A DNA stretch of 63,888 nt, the filler included, from Olpidium bornovanus S191 (taxonomy: Eukaryota > Fungi > Olpidiomycota): assembly GCA_017911155.1 (NCBI GenBank). It is 28 parts of 28 records of this genome, joined end to end, with 100 filler letters (N's around TTAATTAATTAA, not from the genome) between each part and the next. Parts side by side here need not be neighbours in the genome. Positions count along the whole stretch, not along the records: positions 10,788 to 12,446 come from JAEFCI010001486.1; positions 12,547 to 14,879 come from JAEFCI010000189.1; positions 14,980 to 16,646 come from JAEFCI010007943.1; positions 16,747 to 18,209 come from JAEFCI010008833.1; positions 18,310 to 19,312 come from JAEFCI010000949.1; positions 19,413 to 21,088 come from JAEFCI010000391.1; positions 21,189 to 23,132 come from JAEFCI010009077.1; positions 23,233 to 24,400 come from JAEFCI010010819.1; 20 more parts are not named here. One strand, given 5' to 3'. Of the stretch, positions 11,212 to 23,236 are shown in pieces (position 1 is the stretch's first letter; every line of letters begins with the position of its first letter). The position numbers were made by a program, and so were the translations under genes. The notes beneath the pieces are model-generated. The model was not told the origin of the DNA and did not search any database. It was given only the letters and a program-made list of their open reading frames with translations.

Positions 11212-12446
11212 CTATAATCTCCCCATCGACTCGAGAGCTGCCCACTCCTGCTCCGCAAAAGCTTCGGAGACCAGGGGCTTCAGCCTCGGCAGCGCGTTGG
11301 CGAGCCGTCTCTGCTGCCTTTCGTCGAGGATCTGTTGGCCGATTGTCTTCTCCTGGTCGCGCAATGTCAGCAGCGCGCGAAGCACCTGGCAGGGAGAAGA
11401 ACCGTTCCCGCGCCGCGGTTAGGATGGTCGTATTCTGGTACGCCGCCGCTCGGAGAAAGAGCGAGACTTACGAGCTCGTCGACTTCAGCACCGGCGTTCT
11501 GATCTGCTCGGTCGAGAATGGAGACCAGGCGGTCCGGGAAGCCCTCGTTCACCAGGAAGATTGCGGCCTTTGGATTCACGGCTGCCAAAGAGTTGAGGAG
11601 GGCTAATGTCTTCCTCCGCACTGCCGGGACTGCGATATGGAAAGAAAGAAAGGCAGGGCCCGAGAACACTAAGCCGGACAATCGTGCTCCCGGCCGCCCC
11701 GCTCGCTGGCAGATCCAATGTGAACCCGGGGGAGGAAAATCGACTGTCTCGCACCTTCATCTTCTACAGTTCGCTTCAGGACTTCCCACCCGCCCTGGAT
11801 CTCGAAAGCCATGTACCCTGCGACAAAGTTCTTGATGAGCCCGGCAAGCGCGTACATCGCCTTAGTTCGAACGGCCGGATCATTTTCCTCCCGCAGGAGA
11901 CGGAGTAGCGGCGGTAATCCGGATGCGTTCAAGAACTGGCAAACAAAAAACAGCAAGCGAGAGTAAATCACCGAGCACGCGAGCAAAAAAAAAAAAATAA
12001 GTTTCCTTGGCAACGACTAGCACACACACACCGCCAGCTGCGCTTTCGGGTTGTTCTGGATCGCGGTTCCGCATATCCACGCGGCATGCATTCGCGTGGC
12101 GGTCTCATCGTCTGATAGCAGCTGGACTAGTTGTGGCCACATCCCCAGCGGTTCCAAGTCTGGAAAAGTCCGTTTGCACGGTTAACCGACATCCGTGCGG
12201 TGCGTCGAGCATCAGCACGCGTACTGTACCCGAATCACACGGTCCAGAAGGTCATTCGAAGTACGCACCGCACGCGTTATCGATGTGTTCGATCAGCTGC
12301 ACGTTTGAGGGAAAAGTAAGCAAAATGCCGGTATTTCCGGAGGTTGTTCCGCTTTGACACCGTCGCCAAGTTTCCCGGGCCGTACCATCTCGAAATTGTC
12401 GAAAGCTTGCTCTCGTTCGTCCAGCGGCCTGCTTTTATCCACCATG
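11212..12446 (-). CDS. FES1: Hsp70 nucleotide exchange factor Fes1/HspBP1, 5' truncated, multi-exon
   Basis: Exons read LDEREQAFDNFEM | LIEHIDNA | LEPLGMWPQLVQLL..RMHAAWICGTAIQNNPKAQ | VRTKAMYALAGLIKN | VRRKTLALLNSL; stop TAG at 11214-11212. Confidence 0.9.
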
Positions 12447-13559
12447 NNNNNNNNNNNNNNNNNNNNNNNNNNNNNNNNNNNNNNNNNNNNTTAATTAATT
12501 AANNNNNNNNNNNNNNNNNNNNNNNNNNNNNNNNNNNNNNNNNNNNCATGATGTAGAACCATCCGACGGAGACACACAATTCGTAAATCCAGCTTTTCTC
12601 CGCGCCGCGCTTCCGCCGAGCTCTTCTGCCGCGCCGAGTTTCCGTGCTGCTGCACGCCGGACACAGCCCGCCGAGTACTGCGTGCCGGGCTTCCGCAGAA
12701 GAGCAGCCGCCACCCCTCACCCGCGCGCCGAGCTCTTCGCGCACTCTGCGCTCTTTTCCGCCGCGCCCTTCGGTTGAGGGCGGCTCACGTGGGGATGGTT
12801 CACGGGTTGTTTCACGGGCAGGCCGCATTGTATTGAGCGGAGTGGGGCGGAGGATGTAAGGGAATACGCGGCAGGGGGCACGTGATATGCGCTACCCTTC
12901 TACAACATCTTATATGCATCCATGACGTCGCAATTAATGGAACCAACCTCGAGGGAAAAAGGACGACTTGAGTTGTTGGCGGCATTCTCCTCAAGCTATT
13001 TGACGGAGTCACATCTTACTGTTTCAGCATCAACAATCAGCATCGCGTTGACATAGGCCTGTGATATCTCGGTCTGTATTGGATTTCTCTGGAAATCGGG
13101 CTCTGGCAGACTCCAACATGATAACTGCCGATGGCATCCAACGGTAGCGTTTCGGCGGCAGGCGCGCGCGCGGCGAGGAGAACGACGACGGGCTAAGTCG
13201 GTCCGGAAGACGCGGACGACGAGGGAGCTCGCTGTGACGGCGTCATCGCTGGGAAAGTTGACGGCGACGCCACGTCGCGGGGTCGGCGCTGACTTATTAC
13301 CGGGGACTCCCACCACGCGGAGGATCACGTGACCAACCCGAGCTTTCACGCTCTGGTGTGCCATCGGAACTTTGCAGCAGGTGCGTATGCGCGTTCGGTC
13401 CCAACCGCTCGGAGCGTCGGCCCCCGCCCTTTCCGCCTTGCTTTGCTGCCCGGTTTGGACTTCGGAATGCGACGCCCCCCGTCCAGGGCGCGAACCACCG
13501 GCGGAAGCACGCGTGAGAGGCCGTCCATGTCAGAAGCGGCTTGCACTGGCATTCCCGCT

Positions 13560-13613
13560 GCGCGACAACGTCATACGGCCTACCGAGCGCGACAACGTCA
13601 TACGGCCTACCGC
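13560..13613. repeat. 27-bp tandem duplication just upstream of the receptor ATG
   Basis: gcgcgacaacgtcatacggcctacc at 13560 and 13587. Confidence 0.85.
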
Positions 13614-13627
13614 GCGCACCACCGACC

Positions 13628-14879
13628 ATGCGGCCCTGCAGCTCCCTCCCAACTCTTTCTGGATCCCAAAGCGCCGCCTCGCAGCAGCCCGCAGTGGCGT
13701 CGAGCAAACGGCCCATCAGGATCACTTTCGGGACAAGGGTTGCCGTCTGGGCTGGTTCGTTGACGTTGCTATGCGTCAGCATCACGGCGGTGGTGGCGTG
13801 GTTGATATCCGTTAAACTGCTGTCTTCCGAGCTGTCCACAAGGCTTTCGACCATTACCGACTTGCGGAAAAAACAAATCTTGGACTTTGTAGACAATATC
13901 TTCGCCATTGCTGGGCTCATATCCTCCAGGATGTTGATCCAGAGTTATCTGATGCAGGTGAAGGACGGCAAGAGCGTGACACGTCAGCAATTCCAAACCG
14001 TGCAAGGGGATTTGCTTAGTGCAATGCAAACGTTCGACACTATTATCATGGCAGAGTTCATAACCCTAAATGGGACATCGGTGATTCGCTCGTGGGCTTC
14101 TCCATTCGACAAACCACCTTATGAGAACATGACGTACACGTTTGACGATTATGGCCAAATCGATAAAATCTCGAACGCGTTTCCTCTGCCGGGCGGACGG
14201 GGATTTGGCATGGCGTTTGAGTCCTTGGTGGTTGATAACCAGACCGACGGGAAGACACCGGAAACGCTCGGAAAGATCCGCCTTGTATTGAATACCGAAA
14301 ATTTTGAGGCCATTGTTCATGACACGACGGGGTTGCAAGACACCGGCCAGCTGGTCCTCGTCAAGTTGCCACCGACCAAACAGTTGTACAATTTTATCTT
14401 CCCGCCAGTTCGCGACCCCGTTCCGGTCTCGGAACATTTTCCCGTTTCTTCATATGGATGCCTGTTGACCGCCCTTTCGCTAAATGAAGAGGCAGTTATC
14501 GAGTCTACATCGTTCCGAGGTGAACGCGTGAAGTGCGCGTACCAGAAACTCAACACCGACGAAAGCTGGGTTTTGCTTTCCGAAATCTCCGTAGCGGAGT
14601 TCGGTGAACCGATTAAGAGCATGCAGACATACCTATTGATCGGAGTCGTTGGGACCTTCGTCTTCTCGCTGGTTTGCTCGGTTATTTTCGCTCGCTACAC
14701 CGTGAAGCCGATCCGTGGACTGAGGAAAGCGGCGACGGAGTACAGCAAGGGGAATTTCCATGAGTTCTTACCTCAATCTGGCGTTCGGCGGTTCCGAGAC
14801 GAGATTGCAGACCTGTCTCAGACGTTCAATGAAATGGCCGTTCAGATATCTGCGCAAACGCAGACGCTGGAGAAACGAG
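13628..14879 (+). CDS. TM - extracellular sensor (Cache-like) - TM - HAMP receptor, Sln1/TcsB-like histidine kinase N-terminal half; output domain lost at contig end
   Basis: TM1 VAVWAGSLTLLCVSITAVVAWLISV; ~290-aa loop with RLSTITDLRKKQI and DTTGLQDTGQLVLV; TM2 YLLIGVVGTFVFSLVCSVIFA; HAMP KPIRGLRKAA..DEIADLSQTFNEMA. Intronless ORF. No kinase domain is visible. Confidence 0.75.
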
Positions 14880-15469
14880 NNNNNNNNNNNNNNNNNNNNN
14901 NNNNNNNNNNNNNNNNNNNNNNNTTAATTAATTAANNNNNNNNNNNNNNNNNNNNNNNNNNNNNNNNNNNNNNNNNNNNAAAAAAAGAGCTCGTCGAAAA
15001 AAGAGGGAGGCCACTGCGCTCCCCCCCCCCGCCCGCCGGCTGAAAACTCCGTCCGATCCAAATCTGTAGGGCAGGACGGAGGGAATGGGGAGCTCCTTCG
15101 AAAACCCTCGAACTCAAAAACCAGCAGTTTTCCCTCCTTCCCCACCGCCGCCGCGCCTCCCGTAAATCCACACTCGCCCCAGACCCTCACACATTCCGCG
15201 AACAATCACGAAAAAAAGAAAAACCACACATAAACTTAAAAACGTAAAACATTAAAAAAGAACAATTATTGCGAGGGGAATTCTGCGTGGGTCAGAAACA
15301 GCGTAAAACATAAAAAAACAACCTTTGCGGGGGAACTCTGCGTGGGCCGAAAACACGTGATTCTCCGCCCGTTCCGGCTGTGTCACGCGTGCGACGAATG
15401 TGGGCGCGAAGGGGAGGTTTGCTCCGTTCGCCAGTCTCGAACGGGGGGAAAAGGGGGGGGGGGGGGCAG

Positions 15470-15795
15470 TCGCCTTCGGGATCCAGAAACAGGCCCTTTC
15501 GCCCACTCCCCGCGTTTCTCCACAGGCCAGCTGCCGTCTTCGGGATCCACATGTTTTCTTTCCCAGCCCTGCCACCTCGCAGCCTTCCGCCATGCTCCAG
15601 TCGTCTTCGGTATCCACGAACAGGCCCTTCCTAGGTTCCGCCCACTCCCCGCGTTTCTCCACAGACCAGCTGCCGTCTTCAGGATCCACTTGTTTTTCTT
15701 TCCCGGCCCTGCCGCAGCCATGGCCCAATCGTCTTCGAAATCCACGAACAGGCCCTTCCTAGGTCCCGCCCACTCCCCGCGTTTCTCCACAGACG
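15470..15795 (-). repeat. Degenerate tandem repeat (units of 139 and 128 bp) within a frameshifted acidic ORF
   Basis: gcccactccccgcgtttctccac recurs at 15501, 15640 and 15768; the peptide VEKRGEWAxPRKGLFVDxEDDW reappears in successive frames. Confidence 0.85.
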
Positions 15796-16599
15796 GTTCG
15801 TTTGGTTCGTTCGCGCCGTTGTCATCCGGGCTGTCGGCCATTTCCTCGTCATCCTCGGCGGCTCTCCCGCCTTCACCGTCGTCGCCGGGGCCGCGGTGAT
15901 TTTCGTCCGCATCCGTCGGAACCCCCCCTCGTTCCCGTTGCCGCTGTCGCATGTCGCCTCATTGCCTTTGACCCGTCTTGCGACGGTTTCGGATGATTCG
16001 CCGTCACCGCGATCTTCGTTTGTGTTGCCAGGCTCCTCGACGCCGCCGGTGTCCGCCTTCTCGGTTCCGACAGAATCGGCAACGGCGCCGGGCCGGCCGG
16101 CCGAGGTGACGCGCTGCGCCGGCGGATCGTGGGTCGGAACTAGGCAGCGCTTCGCGGCGTTAGGCTCGGAAGCGTCTCCATGGAAGCCGCCGAGCGACAG
16201 GGCCCGCTTGGTATGTTCCCTCAGGCAGAACTTCGCACGAGAGGTGGGCGGCGTCGAAGTGCTCGGGGCGGGCCGGGGGCAGTACGTAAGCAGTCGAGGA
16301 GGGCCGCCCGGACGCGTGATTGCCTCCGTCGACGTGGCGGCTCTTGCTTGGAGCGCGGGTCACGCGGGAGCGCGCGGTAGTTGGCGAAAAGCAGCGCCGG
16401 CCTGCCGAGAGCGCTCACGTCGCGTCTCGGTCCGCTGACGGCCGCGCGAGGTCGAGGAGAACGGCGAGCGGGGGGTTGCGAGCGAGCGGTGGGCGCGTGC
16501 GCGCGCGGGGGTGGGCGAAGCGGCAGAGACGCCAAAGACGCGCGCGGGGAGAGGAGTGGGTGGAAGCGGGGGGTGGGGGGGTGGAGGAAGGGAAGCGGG

Positions 16600-16636
<37 letters not shown>

Positions 16637-16746
16637 CGGACCCCCCNNNNNNNNNNNNNNNNNNNNNNNNNNNNNNNNNNNNNNNNNNNNTTAATTAATT
16701 AANNNNNNNNNNNNNNNNNNNNNNNNNNNNNNNNNNNNNNNNNNNN

Positions 16747-18209
16747 GAACACTTCGACCTGCGGGCACGACCACGCCCAGGCCCCCTTTTCGATCTCAGA
16801 CGGAGGCTCCGGGCCGGGTACCCTCGCTGCGTGGACACGACCGACCGACGGTCCCCTTCCAACCGGGACGGCGTCCTCCTCCGGCAGCTGGATCACGTCG
16901 AAGTCGAGGTCCTGCCGCTCGCCCGCTCTATCCGGTGACGTGTCCGTCCTGTCCTCTTCGAGCTGCGTCGCTTGGACAGCCACCCTCTTTGTCCTCAGTT
17001 GCTGATTAATTGCCCGCAGCGTAGATATAGGGACCACGTTTAACAGGGTCGCAACATCGACTGTCACGGTTGCGTTGACAACCGCATCGACGGCCAGTTG
17101 CTCCAGGTCTTTCTTTCGTACTGGGACCTGCAGCGTATACGCCGGTTTTGCCGACTTGTCCTTCTTGGTCGGGGCCGAGACGCCTGCGATTCCTACGGCA
17201 TTGCTCTCGCCCGACGCAGGAAACGGCTTCGACGCACTTCCCTTTCCAATGGCACTCGCAGGCTCCCAGAATCCTGGAGGCGGACGTTCGCCCCCGTTCG
17301 CCTGGCGACCCTTGCCCTCGGTGACCGCGCGCGCCCCCTGCCGTGGTCGCTTCGAAGCGGCCACATCGTCGCCGACCGGCCTCGCTCGCTTCTCGTCGAC
17401 TGTCATCGTTTGTACGCGGACGCCAACTTCGGGCCCCCCGAGGCGAATGGCACTGTTTCTGCCAATGCTCGCCGACGCTCCCTGGTCTTGTTCAGCCAGT
17501 AGTACCACCCGCATCCCCCCGGTGCCCGGGCAAACGACGAGGAACGGTCGAAAATCCGGCCGGCAAACAAGGCCGCGGTCATCGATTCGCACTTCTCCCC
17601 GGTTGATGGTCTGCCGCAGATCCGCGCAGTCACGCCGGATGTGTGGAAAGGTCCTTGGGGAGGTCCTTGGGCAGGTCCATGGCGTACGGCGGTGCGGTAG
17701 GTGGCCGAGGGCGCCGGAGATGGCGCGGCGGGCGGCAGGAAGCGGCATAGGCGGCGCGGCAGGTGGCTGAGGGCGGCGGAGATGGCGCGGCGGGCGGCAG
17801 GAAGCGGCGTAGGCGGCGCGACAGGTGGCCGAGGGCGGCGGAGATGGCGCGGCGGGCGGCAGGAAGCGGCGTAGGCGGCGCGGCAGGTGGCGGTGGAGAC
17901 GGCACGGCGAGCGGATGCAGGCGGCGCAGAGGTGGCCGGACGCGGCGGAGATGGCGTGGAGGTAGCCGGAGGCGGCGGAGATGGCGCGGAGGCGGCCGGA
18001 GGCGGCGGACCGCCGCGGCGAGCGGATGCAGGCGGCGCAGAGGGCGCGGCGGGCGGCCGGAGGCGGCGGAAGCGGCGCGGCAGGCGGAGGCAGGCGGCGC
18101 AGACGGCGCGGCAGGCGGCGCAGACGGCGCGGCAGGCGGCGCAGACGGCGCGGCAGGCGGCGCAGACGGCGCGGCAGGCGGCGCAGACGGCGCGGCAGGC
18201 GGCGCAGAC
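16747..18209 (-). mobile_element. Ty3/gypsy-like gag fragment running into the start of the protease, with repeat-expanded Pro/Ala linker
   Basis: HIRRDCADLRQTINRGEVRIDDRG (degenerate knuckle/DUF4100-like), ATVTVDVATLLNV..LRTKRV, and AWSCPQVEV preceding the protease. 62-bp x3 repeat at 17701-17886; 21-bp x5 repeat at 18105-18209 (SAPPAAP). Confidence 0.65.
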
Positions 18210-18589
18210 NNNNNNNNNNNNNNNNNNNNNNNNNNNNNNNNNNNNNNNNNNNNTTAATTAATTAANNNNNNNNNNNNNNNNNNNNNNNNNNNNNNNNNNN
18301 NNNNNNNNNGTTTGGCGGCGTGGGAATCCTATGCGTGATTCCACGTGGGTGCGCCAGGCGTGCGGGTGTGCCCCCCTGCGCGGGCACGCTGAGCGTGTGG
18401 GCCCCCCTGCATAGGGCCGCCACGTGCCAAGGGGGGGGGCTGGCCACACCAGGCGAGGGGGCGGTGGGGGCCCGCACGCCGCAACGCCGCGCGTGCGTGT
18501 GTTGTGTGTGTGGCGCCGCACGCCGGTCCTTCGGCACAGGCGAATGTGCGCAGTGCAAACGAATGTGTGCGAAGACGGAGAGCGCGCTG

Positions 18590-19060
18590 CTGCGACATTC
18601 ATCTCCCCAAGTTCCAGCTCAGAGAGATGGTACATCGGGAAAAAATTAGACCTGGCGCCGGGTTCCAAGTTGATCTCATGCTCGGCGGTCGAAGACAGCT
18701 GCGCTACGAGCGGCAGCTTGTCCGGCATGACGGGGGTGAAGCTGAGAAGACGTTTTTCAAAGCGCTTGCAAAGGGGCCCCCGCAGTTCGACGAGCTTGGC
18801 CTTTATATGCGCCGCCAGGTCGATGGCGGCGCGGTCGGTGTCGAAGTAAACAAGGGGGTTTTGGGCTTCCTCCTCGTTCCGGGTCGGGTTTGTCTCGGCC
18901 TCGACGGCCGAGAGCTTAATGGTCCGGGGATTCAATATGACCCCCCACGAGTCAGGTTGCCGCAGGGCGTGGCAAGCTTGTTTGGCCGAGATCAAATTGA
19001 CCTCAGCCCCGGGTCCTGACGAATGGAGGTAAGGCCGGTCTGGGGTCTCCATCGTCGACG
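18590..19060 (-). mobile_element. Ty3/gypsy pol fragment (protease-RT linker), truncated
   Basis: AEVNLISAKQ.., MPDKLP..AEHEINLEPGA..PMYHLSELELGEM is the typical segment just before gypsy RT; homology stops abruptly. Confidence 0.75.
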
Positions 19061-19773
19061 CGGCGGCCAGCCGCGTTGTCCGGATGAGCATCGGGTGCGG
19101 GGCGGTCGGCCGCGCGCCGGAACAGGTCGAGTTAAGCTCCGCGCTTGTCAGGCGCGGGCCGGTCGGATTAGGCTTCGGCTGCGCGGTCGTCGACCGCTGT
19201 CTGGCAATTTCTTGCCCGGGCGGCCGGGGTGCCCGAACGGAGCCCGTTGTTCCCCCCCCCCCCCCCCCCCCCCCACACAACCCCCCCCCCCCCCCCCCCC
19301 CCCCAAACAAAANNNNNNNNNNNNNNNNNNNNNNNNNNNNNNNNNNNNNNNNNNNNTTAATTAATTAANNNNNNNNNNNNNNNNNNNNNNNNNNNNNNNN
19401 NNNNNNNNNNNNGTGGGGTGCCAAAGCTTGCTTCACACGACGGACGTCCGTGCTGTGCCGGCTCTGCCGGGAAAGCGCGATACTTTGTACACTCGCAATG
19501 CGAACAGGCGAGAAAAAAAAAAAAAAAAAAAAAACGCAGAGAAACCCGTTGTCGGAAGAGATCCCTATTGCTAAGCACCCCGAAAACTTCCGATGAGCGT
19601 GGGAGGTTGTGATTTTCAGGTTTTTTTTTCTTTTTTTTTTTTCTTTTTTTTTTTCCGTCTCAGCCCATCCCCCAGCGCATTTTGCGCCCAATGTCCAGCC
19701 GAGAACGCGGGGCACGCTGGAAGCAGCAGCGCCGGTGCACAACCTGCCTCCCGCCCGCTCGAACCCCGACAGC

Positions 19774-21088
19774 ATGTCGTCCGCGTCGGGCTGCGCCGCA
19801 GCCCGTGCCGCCCGCTTGCTGCTTCCCGGGGCTGCCGGTGCAGCTGCAGCGGCGAGCGCCGCGGGCAATGCCCGCTGGGCCGGATACCTGTGGCCCCCGC
19901 ACGGGGTGGCGTCTGCGTCGGCGGCCCTCCGCCCTTGGCGTCCTCGCTTGTCCGCGCCCGCCGCCTTTTTACACTCCGGTGCCGGCGACGGGCTCGGCAA
20001 GAAGCCAGATAGCGTGAAGAGGCTGAAGCGCTACCGCTCGACGTCGGTGCGGGAGCGGCTGGGCATGCCGCCCATCGTTAGGGAGGACCCGAAGAAAAAA
20101 TCCCGGCCAGTCATATCCATCTACGAGGCGGAGTGGAACAACCCGGGAACGCTCGCCGCTGAAGTCGACATACCGCCGGCCGCCGACGAGGCGCACGCCG
20201 CTGCGGAAGCTGTGGCCGCCCAGATAGCGATTCCGGAAGAGGCTGCGAAGGAAGCAAACGCCTCTGCCGCTTCGTCTGCGGCGGCAACGACGACAGGTAG
20301 TGAAGGGGAACAGTGATGGAGAGTACAACAAAGATATATTTACTGAACCGCGATCCGCAACTTGAACGAACACGATCGGAAACGCAGGTTCAGGAAAATT
20401 GCCGGTTATGAATTCGGCCACGGAGGCGACGACAGAGGTCGCTGCCAAAATATCCCATGACAAAAAACCCGCAGGGTACTTCACTTTTCTCGCAGTTTAT
20501 CTTACCTTGTGGAATAGCATGCGGTTGCGTTCAATATCGCTTTTCTGCCTTTCAGGGCAGGTGAGATAAAAGATGCGAAGCTCGTCTTCAGCCAGGCATG
20601 GGCCAACATTGACAGCCGTTACGGCAAGAACAATCTCACGTAAGTTGCATTGACCGGAACGGTGCCAGCCCCCGCCCCCGGGTTAGCCTTGATGGAATTA
20701 TAAGTGAACAAGTCATTTCATCAATATTGCTGCCACAACGCGCGGGATTCGCAGGTTCCCAAAGGAAATCATCTGGTTAATGGGTAGGCGGATGAATTTT
20801 TATGTCATCTTCGCCTTTCGGCGCCAGAAAATTCGTGCGATATCTTATGTTGGTCAAGCACTGCCCTCACACATGTCGCTATCGCTACCAGGTGCACCGG
20901 GTTCTGGCAAGGGCACGCACACTCCTTTCCTGCTGCAAGCCCGCGGCATCACCAACCCGCCCATAAGCATGTCCTCGTTACTGTCTAATGCGCCTGGATC
21001 CTATGATCTCCCGTCGGAGAACATTTCTAAGAAGTCACCGACAGGAACGGAGACGTCGGCGGAGTCGAAGGCGAAGAAAGCTGACGAA
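19774..21088 (+). CDS. Adenylate/nucleoside monophosphate kinase-like protein with mitochondrial-type presequence, 3' truncated; join(19774..20297,20388..20475,20556..20639,20755..20783,20892..>21088)
   Basis: Spliced product EIKDAKLVFSQAWANIDSRYGKNNLT|FPKEIIWLM|GAPGSGKGTHTPFLLQARGITNPPISMSSLL contains the ADK P-loop; all four introns are phase-consistent GT..AG; N-terminus is Arg/Ala-rich with no acidic residues. Confidence 0.8.
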
Positions 21089-21385
21089 NNNNNNNNNNNN
21101 NNNNNNNNNNNNNNNNNNNNNNNNNNNNNNNNTTAATTAATTAANNNNNNNNNNNNNNNNNNNNNNNNNNNNNNNNNNNNNNNNNNNNCAGTATCGCAAC
21201 TACCTCCCACGCTCGAGCATAAACAAGACTTTGCGCTACAAACCTGACATTTTATACAGGGAGACATTTTTCTCCCGGCCAAAAAGTGCCCCAGTTTGAG
21301 AGGTGCATGTACACCTTAAACGGTTTGGGTTGGCCAGGAAGCCGAACCCAAGCCCATCCATTTCCTATATCGAATGCAATACGTT

Positions 21386-22730
21386 CTACGCTTCGCGCTC
21401 TGTCATCTCTTCCCCCTCCTCCACGTCGTCCTCCAGATTGTACCCCTTCGTCCTCGCGTTCAGTTCTATCCGTTCGATCTCTTCGGGCGTGAAGGCAGTC
21501 GGGATGTGGACAGGTCGCCTGTCCGGGATGATCGGATCCTCTTCCGCGTAGATCTCCGTGCTTTTAAAGAACTGTTCCCAGTGCTGCGAGGCGATGACAG
21601 CCCTCCGCCATCCCTCCCGCAAGCTGCTTCCGAGGGACACCTCCACGACCGTTTTCAGCGCGGAGGCCAGACGCTCCAGCCTGTCCGGCAGATGCTCGTA
21701 CCGGCCAAGGACGGCGAGCGTGAGGTACATCTGGTCCAAGGCCACTAGCTCGCGGACGGGATCGTTCACCCTTTTCGCCTCGTCGAACCGGCGGACGCAC
21801 TCGGCGAGCACGAGGTCGAAATGCGAGCCGTCGGTCCGCACGTCGTGTTCCTCGGGGTTGCCGAGGTACCTGAGCGCCAGGTCCGGATCGCCGAACCGCA
21901 GCGCTTTGTTCACGACGGCGGACGTGTGCTCCGCGGTCAGCGGCAGCAGGGGTTTGCGCCAGGAGACCAGGACGTCGAGAACAAATTCCAGCTCCTTCGC
22001 GCTCGACGCCAGTCCGATGAGATCGCCGAGCGCGTGGGGCGCGGGAGGAAACGCTTTTTGGCCTTCCGGGACCGGCATGGTACGCACGGTGAGCTCGCGA
22101 TACAGGTCCCAAAACTCCTGGTTCACCCCTTCAGGCGCTTTTGCGAGTCTGGCCAGCTCCTCCTCCCTTTGCCAGCTGACACCTTCCTCCGCCACCTCTT
22201 CTTCCTCTTCGACCTCGACAGCTCTCATCTTCCCTGACGGTATTTTCTTCGCGCCTGGGTGAACGAAGAACAAAAAAAAGTAAGTGTCACCCAGCTTCGG
22301 AGCAACAGTCCCGCTGTCTTGACATACAAAATAACCTTAGGCGATCGCGCCCAAACAAACTGAGCCAAACGCCTACCTCGCGGCGCCGACAGGTGAATCA
22401 ACCGGCACGTGGGATATCGGTGCGCGCCAAGCGCTTCTCCACTGACTAAAATATTTTTGGAGAAGCCACGGCGGTCCAGGCGGGCAGAATTGAGCAGGGG
22501 CACCGCGAAAGGGAAGTCAGCAAAGCCCGCGACATCAGGGTTTAAGGAGAACGTGAAGGTGCAGTGGCGGAAACGGTACAACGCACTGCACGAGACCCAC
22601 GTGAACCCCGAGAAGCTTTGGCAGCGAGCCGGCAGCTGCTCCCTCCGCTTTGGCCCGCATAGCGCCGCACTGCACCGCCGGTGATGAGCGCGCAGCCCCT
22701 CGCGACGGAAAGCAGCGTGGTTGGGAGCAT
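21386..22730 (-). CDS. Uncharacterised alpha-helical (PPR-like?) protein with probable mitochondrial presequence; join(22601..22730, 21386..22254), an extra middle exon is possible
   Basis: 295-aa ORF with natural composition; upstream exon MLPTTLLSVARGCALITGGAVRRYAG.. ends at a GTGGGT donor in matching phase 1. Confidence 0.6.
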
Positions 22731-23236
22731 GGTGCGCGGCGACATTGCCGATGTCGATGTTTGCGTTGTGTTCGCAGAAGGGGGTTACCACGGGAGGTTT
22801 TTCCCGAGGGATTTTATTATTTTATTGGGGCACCTGTGGCTTTCCCGCACAAAAAAAAAAACATCACGGATGGTGCACTTACGCAGCTCCAACCTCCTTT
22901 TCCCATCCACACGAGTTCTCGCCGCCCACGTGACTTCCCCTCCACACGACCTCTCAGCATCTCCACCGTCTCGTCCAGGGCGAGGGTCGACAACTGTTAT
23001 AGGGTAATGCGAGGAAGGGGACGGGGGGGTTGGGGGGGAAGTATAATTAGAACGGAATTTAGGATCTGATATTGTCACCTCAAGCAGCAGGTGGGTAGAA
23101 ACGTAAGAGTGTCCACACTTTTAGACACATGANNNNNNNNNNNNNNNNNNNNNNNNNNNNNNNNNNNNNNNNNNNNTTAATTAATTAANNNNNNNNNNNN
23201 NNNNNNNNNNNNNNNNNNNNNNNNNNNNNNNNCTAC

